A stretch of DNA of 63,942 bases, counting the filler, from Chiloscyllium plagiosum (taxonomy: Eukaryota): assembly GCF_004010195.1 (NCBI RefSeq). It is 4 parts of one record of this genome, joined end to end, with 100 filler letters (N's around TTAATTAATTAA, not from the genome) between each part and the next. Parts side by side here need not be neighbours in the genome. Positions count along the whole stretch, not along the records: positions 48,677 to 60,676 come from NC_057712.1; positions 60,777 to 63,942 come from NC_057712.1; 2 more parts are not named here. The stretch is one strand, 5' to 3'. The position numbers were made by a program, and so were the translations under genes. The notes under the pieces are model-generated. The model saw only the letters and a list, made by a program, of their open reading frames with translations, did no database searches and was not told the origin of the DNA. Of the stretch, positions 51,839 to 63,290 are shown one piece after another (the stretch's first letter is position 1; each line of letters opens with the position of its first letter).

Positions 51839-52110
51839 CAACCCACCCAGACTCATTCCCCTACATTTACCCCTGACTAATGAACTTAACATTACGAGAA
51901 ATTTAGCATGGCCAATTCACCTAACCAGCACATCTTTGGACTGTGGGAGGAAACCCGAGCACGCAGAAGAAACCCACACAGACATGGGGAGAATTTGCAA
52001 ACTCCACACAGACAGTCACCCAAGGCCAGAATTGAACCTGGGTCCCTGGTGCAGTGAGGCAGCAGTGCTAACCACTGAGCCACTGTGCTGCCCCATTTAT
52101 CTAAATTAAA
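51839..52110 (-). repeat. 272-bp inverted duplicate of 50908-51179 (SINE plus CR1 flank)
   Basis: Reverse complement is identical except one base that I could see; includes the non-SINE flank TTTAATTTAGATAAAT. Confidence 0.93.
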
Positions 52111-52629
52111 TGTAGAATTGTATGTAGAATGAATTGCCAGAGGATGTAGATGCAGGTACAGTTCCAACATTTAAAAGACATTTGGGCAAGTACATGTATA
52201 GGAAAGGTCATAGAGGGACATGGGCCAAATGTTTAGTAAATTTGGTTGGCATGGACATGTTGGACTAAAGGGTCTGATTCCATGCTGTATGACACTATGA
52301 CTCTATGGCAACATGTGGTCAGAATCTGAATACAATTTCCTTAATACCTATCATTAACTTGTTCAACCATTCACTAGTCTTGGTGACTCCTATATTCAAT
52401 TAATTATAGTCCCAAAGTCATTAAATTAAACTTTACAGATTCTTTGATCTCATCTGATAACATAGTGTGGGCATCTTTTTTTTTACTTTCCTTTTCCTTT
52501 TTTAATTCACATTACCTCTTCACACCAGCAACTCATTTATTGTGTGATTCTGATTTAACTGAAACAGACAGGCATGTCTGAAATTAACCCTTCATTTATT
52601 TGGAGCTTTTAAAAAAAAAATACAGAATA

Positions 52630-52758
52630 CAGAGGAACCTTGATTATCCAGACATGATTGCAAGATCCTGATGCTAGGCTAAACCATATCATCCGACATT
52701 CGATTATCCGAACAAAATACTCTCTGTTCAAGGTATCTGGATAATCAAGGTTCCTCTG
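52630..52758. mobile_element. Tc1/mariner-pogo-type MITE, 129 bp
   Basis: Perfect 23-bp TIRs CAGAGGAACCTTGATTATCCAGA and TA TSDs (52628-52629, 52759-52760). Confidence 0.92.
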
Positions 52759-53005
52759 TACACATAGAAGACAATGTACACAATGTATAAAAAGGATACA
52801 AAACATTTTAAATATTCACATTTCCTACAGTGGATAATATACCCATGGTAGTAGCATGTTTAGAAGTGATTGAAAGGATCATTTTGTCTCCACGTTGTTA
52901 TTCTGATATAATTTTTACAATGTGATTTAATGTATGGAATGTAGAGATCAAAGATAGAGTTGGTACAAATTTTTGTACCTTAGTACTTAACATTGTATAG
53001 TGTCA

Positions 53006-53209
53006 AAATTGAGATTGTGGTGGTGGAAAAGCACAGCAGGTCAAGCAGCATCCGAGGAGCAGGAGAATCGACGTTTCAGCATAAGCCCTTCATCAGGAAT
53101 GAGGGCCCGATGAAGGGCTGCTCCTCTGATGCTGTCTGACCTGCTGTGCTTTTTCAGCACCATGCTCTCAACTCTGATCTCCAGCATCTGCAGTTCTCAC
53201 TTTCTCCTA
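53006..53209. mobile_element. PLE-end module, family A, as an inverted pair with 14-bp TSD (2 mismatches)
   Basis: ATTGTATAGTGTCA (52992-53005) and ATTGTATCTTGTCA (53210-53223). The minus arm has CTGATGA-A-GGGCTTATGCT-GAAA-C-GTC. Confidence 0.82.
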
Positions 53210-54649
53210 ATTGTATCTTGTCATGCAAGTTCTGTGGATTCAGGAGTTGTGTTTTGAGTATTTTGTTTGAGGACAATAGCTCTTGTGATGTCTCATTAAA
53301 GACCTGATTCCCTATTAGTTACAATTGTTGCATGTGTACACTTTCATGCAAGCAAATGACTAAAATCAAAAAATCAGTCAAGTACTAGGTTTTGCAAATT
53401 TAATAAATACATTCAATGTTTCTTAAAATTGAATAACGCATGGTTGTACCCTATCTTTTCCTCTTTAAGCAATTGCTGTCTCATGGTACCAGGATATTTA
53501 CTTACTAAGCAAATAAAATATTGTTACAATTTGTGTCTGTCAAGTAGGATCAAAGTACCATTTCTTACTTCTGAATGTTCAGATATAAAAACTGACTGTT
53601 ACAGGCATAATATAAGGATTAGACGCACGTATACCTACAACATCTGTGATGACTTGTTCTCACCTACTATTGTGAAGTGCTCCAGAAGACAGTGACTAGC
53701 TCTCCAAACAATAAGTAGGTTATGGCGTGAAGTATTGACTTTTAGGTGGTGTAATATAAGGCCTTTTTAAACCTCTAGGAACACATTATTGCAGGTAAGC
53801 ATGGTCTTTGGCTTTTCTAACTCCTTGATGTGCTGACTTTCAGTCTATTATTTAAACAGTTTCTTTCAAAATACTGAACTTTGTCCAAAGAGTTCAAAAT
53901 ATCCTACCATTGTTAATTGACCTTAGGTAACGTCTCTACTGAATTTCACTTCAAACATCATTTTTGTAAATGGAGACATTGCTTCCAAATGGTAGATTGA
54001 ACGGGGAACAGAATACTGATTTATTCCCACAGGAAACACTTGGCCCAGGTTTTTCCATCCCTGTGCCTGAAGTGTCATGGGAATACATCCCTGCTGATCA
54101 TAGCAGCCCCAAAGTCATTGATAGATCCAAGTAGCATTACTTTCCTGGAGGTGAATCTTACATGACACATTTCAGTGGTCCTACCTCAGAGTACTGCCCA
54201 CCAACCACTTAAAAAAGGGAGGTGAGGCCAGTGGGGTTTAAGGATAGCAGGTTTGGAGGAGTCACAGTAGAGAGCTGGGGAAAGGAGAGCAACATCAATA
54301 TGGACAGATTTTGTTGTCTCCATTTGGAAAAAGGCACTCTTAACAGAGATATCTCTCTACCTTTCCACCCTAGACCTGAGCTTTATGACCTATTGGGCTT
54401 CCCACCCTATCTCTGAATTCCTCTCACTAGCCTCAAGATGGAGGATGACAGGAAGTAGCCTTGTAGCCACTTTACACCCTCAACTGTAATGAAGGTTGGT
54501 AGGCTGCCCTAAGCCTTGCCCATCCCATGTAAAATTGCAGGACAGTTGGAGCCATGAGGGCAAGATGATGGCTGCCTGGGCAGTTTCGCTAAAGAATTCC
54601 CTTACTTAGGAATCAACATCTAAAATAATTTAAAATGGAATGTACAATG

Positions 54650-55125
54650 ATAACCAGCAGTCTCCAAGGCTTCTAAAATATTTGGATTCTTGTCATGGAC
54701 CTTCTGTCACTTTTCAACTCCAGTAAAGAAAATACCATACCAAGCCCTAGTCAGACCACATACAAAGGTGTAAAATATAGAATGGACACTTCGGACACAT
54801 TTATCATTTTTGAGGAACGTCAACACCAGGCAACTTGCTTGCTTGCAAACAATTACTCACAAGATCCTAGTGTTTCCCAGTTAGTCATGGCATCAGGCTG
54901 GCACAGTCTCAAGAACTGTGGAAAGGCCCATAGATTGACATGCTTCCATAACATTTTGAATGGAGAGTTAACTGTTTTTAAGTAGTGCATCAGGTCCAAA
55001 AATGATCAAGCTTGAAGTATTCATAAACAGCAGCTCCAACAGTATATATTCTCATGTATTTCCTTTGCAACTTTTTCTTCCCCCTCAAGGACAATTAAGG
55101 ACTAGAAAAGGCTTCTATAAACCTT
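54650..55125 (+). mobile_element. Old CR1/L2-group LINE 3' fragment, distinct from the abundant CR1 families
   Basis: QHQATCLLANNYSQDPSVSQLVMASGWHSLKN..HRLTCFHNILNG and FF.PRTIKD resemble AARFV.N.YS..SV..LGW.SL..RR..RL..FYKI and SFFPRTI.DW. Confidence 0.6.
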
Positions 55126-55309
55126 AATCTCCAAGGATCTCTAAGGACTCAGTTAAGGAAAATTTGTTGAATGCTTTTAATTAATTTGACCATCAACTAC
55201 ACTCATTTTGCCCCTCCTGTGAAAACTCCCTGCTAAGAGACTTCTTGAGGAAACCTTACCAAGCACAGGCCCCACTTGCTTATCTGCCAGGGGTTATGTG
55301 TAAACTTCT

Positions 55310-55545
55310 GCCATTGGTAATTATCAAAGCATTCGTTACTTTCAGATTTGACTATTCGAATGTAATCTTGGTCAGTCTCACATTCGTCCCTTCACAAACT
55401 TGGAGTCATCCAAACCTGTGCTGCCTATCTCTGACAACACACATATCACCCACTCTGCTCACTAACCTAAGTTGGCTTTCAGTTAAGCCATGCCTCGATT
55501 TAAAAATTATCATACGTGTTTTCAAATCCCTCCATGACTTCAATC
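55310..55545 (+). mobile_element. L2 LINE fragment
   Basis: IKAFVTFRFDYSN resembles L2 IHAFVTSRLDYCN; ..LSWLSV...KII..VFKSLH. Confidence 0.7.
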
Positions 55546-55547
55546 CA

Positions 55548-56397
55548 TAACATCATAAGAAAGAGGAACAGGAGTAGACAGTTTGGCCCCCTGAGCCTGC
55601 TCCACCATTCAATAGGGTCATGGCTAATCCAAACTTCCTCACATCTACTTTTCTTTCCTTTCCCAATAACCTTTGATTCCTGTACTGATCAAGAATCTAA
55701 CCATCTCAACCTTAAATATACACAAGAACTCTGGTCCCACAGCCCTCTTTGGGAAGGAGTTCCAAAGACTCTTAACCCTCTGAGACAACAATTTCCTCCT
55801 TATCTCAGTCTTAAATTGGCACCCCTTTAATCTGAGATTATGCCCCCTGGTCCTAGACTCTCCATCAGGGGAAAAAATCCTCTTAGCAATAATCCTGTAC
55901 AATCCCTTACAAATCCTTTATGTTTCAATTAGGTCACATCTTTTTCTGCTAAATTCCAATGAGTCCTAACCTGTTTAATCCTTGTTCTTAAGACAATCCC
56001 TCCAGACTGGGGATCATCCTAGTGAAACTTCTCTGATCTACATCCAATGAAATAATACATTTTCTTAAATACGAGGATCAAAACTGCTCAGAACACTCTC
56101 AATGTGGTCTCACCATCACTTTGTAAATTGCAGTAAGGTTTCCCCAGTCTTAACTTCCTGAATCAAGTCCCTTTGTGTTGCAGCTTTCTGCAATTTTTCT
56201 CCATTTAAATAATACTCTTTTTTTTGTTCTCCCTTCCAAAACATTTTCCCATTATAATTTAAAAATTTGCCCACTTACCTAACCTATCAATATCTCTGTA
56301 AACTGTTTGCATCTCTCTCTCACAATCCACTTGTTTTTGTGTCATCTGCAAATTTGGCCACAGTACATTTGCTTCCTTCTTCACAGTCATTAATATA
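55548..56397 (-). mobile_element. CR1 3' fragment
   Basis: Minus strand GESRTRGHNL..FKTEIRR..SQRV.SLWNS; KFADDTK at about 56337-56357. Confidence 0.88.
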
Positions 56398-56399
56398 TA

Positions 56400-57621
56400 C
56401 AGTCTATTCTGCTATAACCTGCTAGTTGCATTCTCGTGCGATTTTGTTATAGAAAATCGCACAATAGAAATCACAGCACCTATGGGAAAAACAAGGTTAG
56501 GGGCAAACCACGAAAAACATCAGTAAAAATCAAAACAAAAATAGTAGTTAGCCTAACACCAATGATAGCACAGTCGAAGTAAATGTTAAAAATCATATAT
56601 TATGAAATAATACAATAACTTTAATACGCTAAGAGGTTTCTGAGTTTCCTGAGTAATACTGTATTACACTGGGGACTGAGGGTCAGCATCAGTATCATCA
56701 TTACTTTCAGGTGCAGTTCTGGATGTAGGGTTATGACAAAAGAAAATATTTAGTCCAGAAGTGGATGGCGTTGGCTCCTTGTCCCCTGACTGTTTCTTGA
56801 GGGTTGGCTTAAAAAAGGCATCTAGTTTTTGCTGCTTTGCCATCTTTCTTCTTTCACCTGTTAATAGGGTGCGAGATGAGACTTTATGCCACAAACTGCT
56901 ATCCTGCTACATTCTGCATTGTAGTCATTGTCTTCTAAAAGCTGCAACTGCTTCTCAACTTGAGTCAGAATAGGCTTCCACAATGATATCAGTAACATTC
57001 TTAACGTTAAAGCTCTTCCAAAATTGAAGAACACTGGCCTCATTATCCCCCTCAGTAGCTGCAATCAGCTTCCTTAATGAGTGCCTTATATAATAAGCTT
57101 TAAAAACTGCTATTGTACCCTGGGTTAAATGAGAGAGGCTATGTTCAGAGATAGACATAGCACTTTGACATTTCTAGAAAGCTCACCAGTGATGAGAAGA
57201 TGGCTTGGTGCATTGTCCAGAATGATAAAAATCTTTCTGCTACAATAATTTTTAAAACTACTCTTGAAAACATTAACAATAAGATCAGCAAAAATTTGCC
57301 CCATCATCTAACCTCTTTTGCTTGACCTGAAGTCAACACCTACTGTGGACTTGGAGTATTCAGAGATGGAATTGCATAATAGCCAATTCCTGATGAAGGG
57401 CTTTTGCCCAAAAGTCAATTTTCCTGCTCCTCGGATGCTGCCTGACCTGCTGTGCTTTTCCAGCACCACTCTAATCTTGACTGTGATCTCCAGCTTCTGC
57501 AGTACTCACTTTCACCTAATAGCCAATGTGAGTTTGTGTTTTTAAAAAATTGTTCTCCATTTCATTAATCACGTTAATGCCAAATTGCATTGATGAAACC
57601 ATGTTAGAGGAGAACAACCTG
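56400..57621 (-). mobile_element. Internally deleted Tigger/pogo DNA transposon
   Basis: Degenerate 19-bp TIRs (CAGTCTATTCTGCTATAAC and CAGGTTGTTCTCCTCTAAC) with TA flanks. ILDNAPSH, QGTIAVFKAYYIR, LQFWKSFNVK and C-terminal KQQKLDAFFK. Confidence 0.88.
57388..57516 (+). mobile_element. PLE-end module, family A, nested in the Tigger element with 11-bp TSD
   Basis: TAATAGCCAAT at 57377-57387 and 57517-57527. Begins (AT)TCCTGATGAAGGGCTTTTGCCCAAAAGTC, a mutated hammerhead. Confidence 0.85.
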
Positions 57622-57984
57622 TATTGCAATCAGTTGCAGGACAAGATATTAATTGCCAGAGATCAGATAATGGTAGCAACTGAACCAGCTGACCATGTAA
57701 AATGTTTGGAACCAGCCATAGGAGTTATCAAATGTCATGGCCAGCTGTTTTATCTTGTAAGGGAATCTCTGACGGGAGGCAAATTTTCTATCTTGAGTAA
57801 GTGCAGGGAAACTTAGTGCTCAAGGGTCAATTGTGTTACTCAGGATCGAGGAAAATATTAGGGACAGGAGATATTGGTGTTGCTGTATTGCAAGCTTTTA
57901 AGATCAGGGAAAGATAAGAGTGCGTATGGAGGTGTACTGGGTGACTTCACATATCTTTATATTCAGTATTGAGGATTTAAGAGA

Positions 57985-58230
57985 TTAGACATAGGAACAG
58001 AAGTAGACCATTCAACTCATCAAGCCTGCTCCATCATTCAATTAGGCCTTAGTTGATCAGGTATATCAAGGTCACTTTTTCACACCATCTGCACCTCCAT
58101 TGATGTTATAAGTCTCCAGAAAGCTCTTGATTTCTGTCTTTGCATACGTAATGAGTGAAATTCGTAAGTCTTTTGGGTTATAGAATTCCAAAGATTTACC
58201 ATCCCTCTGAGAGAAAAAAGTTTGCTCATC
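57985..58230 (-). mobile_element. Old CR1 3' tail
   Basis: ATAGGAACAGAAGTAGACCATTCA..AGCCTGCTCCATCATTCAAT, as in the other CR1 tails. Confidence 0.7.
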
Positions 58231-58454
58231 CCATTAATCATTAACTACTAATCTCATAATTGTTTGATGTTCGCTGGGAAATAGACATCAATTATGTTTT
58301 TGTCAATGGGGTAAATGAGGTTATGGATCTTTTTAAAACCATGGTGGCATAGTACTGGTGAACATTAGGGCTTCTCAATACATAGAGAAGGCTGAGATCA
58401 TCAATTTATTTGGGTGCGTTTTATTGACATTTTGCTGCATAAGCTTAATGATTT

Positions 58455-58775
58455 TTAGAACTAGACTTAGAATTCTTTCAGTGTGGAAACAGGCCCTTTG
58501 GCCTAACAAGTCCAAACCACCCCTCCGAAGAGTATCCTGTCCAGACCCATTACTCTACATTTCACCTGACTAATGCACCTAACATATGCATCCCTGAACA
58601 CTATGGGCAATTTAGCATGGCCAGTTCACCTAACCTGCACATCTTTGGTCCATTGGAGAAAACCCACGCAGAAATGGGGAGAATGTGCAAACTCCACAGT
58701 CACTTAAGGCTGGGATTAAACCCAGGTCCCTGGCACTGTGAGGCAGCACTGCTAACCATTGAGCCACTGTGCCAC
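58455..58775 (-). mobile_element. HE1-type SINE
   Basis: Minus strand GTGGCACAGTGGCTCAATGGTTAGC head plus core. Confidence 0.9.
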
Positions 58776-60486
58776 ATGATGGTCAATGATTTGTCAGCAA
58801 CCTAAATGGCATTGTTATTGCAACTCCAACTATGATAAAATGTATTGACTCCCAGTGATTTTGAGATTAAGATATTTTTGCAGCTCACATGAAGGTCACT
58901 GCAGCATTTACAAGAAAGTATTTTGTCATTCAAAGATGAGTGCTGGGCATGAGTTGGAAGAGGAAAGTAAAGTTGTTTTCTTTCGCATCTGAGAATATTT
59001 ATAGCAGAATCAGGTGAATGAAGCTGTGAACTGAGAAATCTTCAGTTTATGAAATTTTGGACTAATAATTTTGTGCTGCAATCTAGCGTTAATTGAAACC
59101 ACTTATGATATAAGCCTCACAATGACACCCAAAGGTGCAACATCGATAGAAAGTGTGTTGTGATGAGCCATCATTGTTAATTATGTGTATAAATATATCT
59201 TGCCTATGAAGAATCCAAAGTTAGAAATATAGTCCAACTGTCAATTGAAAGTTGTTCAGACAATAATTGTTCACAAAATCTGTAGTGAAGAACAAATGTA
59301 AATATAATAAAACATACTTTTAAAAAGGTAAAGAATACAAAAATTGAAAAATGATCTCTAAACTTTTATGAGATGAATCAATGGTCTAATTATTGCTGAC
59401 TTCCAAGGGATTTAAGGTTTATAGAAACATGCAGAAAAGTGGAGTTAAGGCCATATCAGATCAGCCATGAACTTATTAATGGTCGAGAAGTCAAGTCTAT
59501 TCCTGCTCCTAATTCTTACTGTTCTTGTTACTAAGTAGTCCATTTCTTTGAATAAAACAAAATCATATGAAAACATGCCCCATTCTAGGGATTCTCCACT
59601 TCATTAAATGCTCCACAATGAAACCATCCATCTTTTCATGCCTTCATTGGATATTAAAAGTTAAGATACAAGCATCAGATCATACAATAGCCAGCATCTG
59701 TATCTGTGCAGATCATCTTTAATATTAGTCTTGAGCTCACTCGTTGTTATTGGATATGCAACAAAATGAATGAAAAAGACAGAAGAAAATTTGAGTAGTA
59801 ATAAAGGGAGAAAAAATAATTAAATCGAAAATATAATTTTTGTTTATTCCAAAAGGCTGCTGATGACCAGAAAACCTAAAAATAGTTCATCTGCGAATTC
59901 ACTTTATATCCAAAATGCTGCTATGGGTGTACTTAGAAGATAATAAACAATAAAAATGTAAATTGAAAAGTTTTTAATACCTCCATACTTTTTTTTCTGT
60001 TAAACAAATGATACAGTGAGGAACATGATCAAAGGGCATAATATTTTTCTGTTATTTTTCGACTTAAGTAGATTTGATTACCAATGCTGATGAAATTAAC
60101 TCAGCTTTTTCAAGATGAGCTTGAGGCTCTGGACCTCAGTTATTCACAAATCTTAACCTTTTAGTTTTTAGCTGGACTGCAAACATATAGGCCCAGATAT
60201 TCCCTGGATAATTATTAAACTGACCCTCTAACACACCACTCACCTAGTCAATGCCACCCATCCACTGACTCAACCTGATTTCTAACTACATCCGTAAACC
60301 TGCCCGACCTAACAGCCTTCCATCCCTAATGACATGAACCCGTCATCTCTCCTAGGAACTGACGCTGTCCTTCACCTTTTGGAAGTGAAATTCCTCACCC
60401 ACAACCGGACTCCAGACCAACAATTCCTTCTTGTCCAGACCCAGTGACAGGTTGACCTAAATCAACTTGTCACCCTGCCAACCTGA

Positions 60487-60676
60487 CACCTCTTCCTCCG
60501 CTACATTGATGGATCTTCGGTAATTACACCGGCACCACTCCCCACCTCTTCCTCCGCTACATTGATGACTCCATTGCCGCCACCTCGTGCTCCCGTGAGG
60601 AGGTTGAGCAATCATCAACTTCACCAACACATTCCACCCTGACCTTAAATTTACCTGGACCATCTCTGACACCTCC
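60487..60676 (+). mobile_element. PLE RT fragment (catalytic YIDD), cut by a gap
   Basis: LFLRYIDDSIAATSCSREEVEQ..NFTNTFHPDLKFTWTISDTS. Confidence 0.88.
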
Positions 60677-60776
60677 NNNNNNNNNNNNNNNNNNNNNNNN
60701 NNNNNNNNNNNNNNNNNNNNTTAATTAATTAANNNNNNNNNNNNNNNNNNNNNNNNNNNNNNNNNNNNNNNNNNNN
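60677..60776. other. Assembly gap with TTAATTAATTAA spacer
   Basis: 44 N + 12 nt + 44 N. Confidence 0.97.
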
Positions 60777-61800
60777 TTTATGAAGAAAAACACCTTTGAC
60801 CACAAGTCCATTAGGAAGTGGTCAGCACGTAGTGTCCTTGAGACTCTTCGGGAAAAGGAGAGGGCGGATCCTATCGAGCGGTTCCCTGAGCAGACTGTCA
60901 AAAGCCATTTGCAGAATGCCTCATCGCCAGAACTTTCCAACAAGCACCAAGACATGGCTTGGCTGGTGGTGAGAAAGGCTCTGCCTGTGAGATTCTTTAT
61001 GCATGCCCGGTCTCTCTGCTGCACCACACGCTGCCCTCAGAGTGGCTGTGGAGGGGACGAGAATGTCACACACCTCCTTCTGGAATGTGCCTATGCAAAG
61101 GAAGTCTGGAGGGGAATGCAGTGGTGTTTGTCGAGGTTTGTCCCAAGCAGCTCCATGACGTGGGACTCCGTGCTGTACGGTCTGTTCCTCGGACGCACAC
61201 TGTGACGAGCATCAACTGTGTCTGGAGGATCATCAACTCAGTGAAAGACGCTCTTTGGATCAATCTGAAACCTGTTGATCTTCCAGCTAAAAGAGGTGAC
61301 CCTGACTGAGTGTTGCAGACTGGCACATTCCAAGGTCCGGGACTACGTATTGAGGGACACGCTGAAGCTTGGGAAAGACCACCGTATAAGATCTGCCTGC
61401 CAAAGGACAATAGAGGACCCACTCAGTAATTGGACTCTGCTGATGTCTCAGCTAAACACCAAGAGACTGGATGGTTAACATACAGACTTGTAAATACAAG
61501 TGACTCAGTCCTGCCGCCAAGGCGCGGTGGGGAAAGACCACCGTATAAGATCTGCCTGCCAAAGGACAATAGAGGGCCCACTCAGTAATTGGACTCTGCT
61601 GATGTCTCAGCTAAACACCAAGAGACTGGATGGTTAACATACAGACTTGTAAATACAAGTGACTCAGTCTGTCCTCTGTATGTAAGTACATGTAATGTAT
61701 TTAAGTACATGTAATGTATATATGAATGGCATCACTAATTGTACATATCAAAAGATTTCTATGAACAAAGTATATTTTTGAAATAATTTTTTTAAAAAAC
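60777..61800 (+). mobile_element. Tx1/L1-clade LINE 3' end (ORF2 zinc knuckle plus 3' UTR)
   Basis: W.VVRKALPV, CPQSGCGGDENVTHLLLECAYAKEVW (CCHC-type), VKDALW; tail ATGAACAAAGTATATTTTT..AAAAAA. Confidence 0.88.
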
Positions 61801-61899
61801 CCCTCCAGTGATACGCAGGAGGAAGAGCATCCAATAGAGGATAGCAGAGAGTCTTCACTAAAAGGCACTCTGGGAGAAGTTGACTCAGTCACCAGAATA

Positions 61900-63290
61900 G
61901 ATTGGTGGAGTGAGAAAGAACCTGGTGTCCTGTGCACTTGTTCACACCTCCACATTATTGTAATTTAAGTAACCAGTTAGTGCTGCTAGTTGGTTAAATG
62001 CAGGCTTAGGTTAACACTGAGCTTCAGTGAGTAAGTCGAGCAAGGTAAAGACAAGGCAAGGTAAGATTCTTTAATCTTTCTTAGTGTAAAGGGGCAGAGA
62101 CGGTAATTAGGGCAGTGATGTGCTCCTTTTGTCAGATGTGGGAGATCAGGGAGCAGTCTAGTGTCTCTGACAACTATGTCTGCAGGAAGTGTGACCGGCT
62201 GCAGCTCCTCATAGACCATGTCGTTCTGTTGGAGCAGCAGTTGGACACACTGAGGAGCATACTGTGGGCAGAGTGTGATAGATACTAGTTACAGGGAGTT
62301 GTTCACACCACAGGTTCACTCAGGTGACCGCCAGGAGAGACAGGCAGTACTGCACAAGTCTCCTGTTGGTATTCCCCTCTCTGGCAGGTATACCATTTTG
62401 GATACTGTTAGGAGAGATAGCCTCTCAGGGGAGTATAACAGCAGCAGCTGGCCTTGGCTCTACAATTAGCTCTGCTGTAGAGCACAGTCAGGCAAGATCT
62501 AAGTGAGCACACTCAGGCATTTCTGTGGCTATGTTTGAGACTCCAGAATCGTGTGTTGCCTCCTTGGTGCCAGGGTCAAGGACATCACTGAGCAGTTGCA
62601 TGAAAGTCTTAAGGGGAAGGGTGAGCAGCCAGAGGTATTGTGCACATTGGTACCAACAACATAGGTAGAAAGAGGGATGAGGTCCTGCAGAGTGAGTACA
62701 GGGAGTTAGGAAAGAAGCTGAAAAGCAGGACCTCAAAGGTAGTAATATCTGGGTTACTACCAGTGCCACGTGCGAGTGAGGCAAGGAATATAATGATATG
62801 AGAGATGTATGCGTGGCTAAGGAGCTGGTGCAGAGAACAGCGTTTCAGGGTCTTGTTTTATTGGGATTTCCTCTAGGGCAGGGTGACCTGTACATGAGGG
62901 ATGGGTTGCACCTAAACTGGAGGGGAATTATTATCCTCACAGGGAGGTTCACTACTGCAACCCGGGAGAGTTTAAAATAGAATGACAGAAGGCTGGGAAC
63001 CAGAGCAGCAGATCAGCAAGTGGAAGGATTGAGGGGAAGGTAGATATTAGGACCAGTTAATCAGAAAGAAAAGACAGACAGGTAAAATGAACACCATGGT
63101 ACTAATAGGTTGAAGTGTGTTTATTTCAATGCAAAGAGTGTTATAGGTAAGGCAGATGAGTTTATAGTATGGATCAGTACATGGGACTATGATGTTGTGG
63201 CCATTACAGAGACTTGATTGAGAGAAGGATAGGACTGGCTGCTTAATGTTCCAGGGTTTTATTATTTTAGACGAGATAGAGAGGAAGGTT
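61900..63290 (+). mobile_element. CR1 5' portion (ORF1 zinc finger/esterase and start of ORF2), interrupted by L1
   Basis: VMCSFCQMWE..YVCRKC, CCL.GARV.D, HIGTNNIG, DGLHLNWRG, YFNAKS, VAITET. Confidence 0.88.

Larger units (their letters stand above)
50630..52306 (+). mobile_element. CR1 3' portion carrying a nested SINE and an inverted copy of it
   Basis: QGSVLGPL, LVRPLLEYC.QF, LERVQKRFTR; CTATGACTCTATG tail. Confidence 0.92.
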
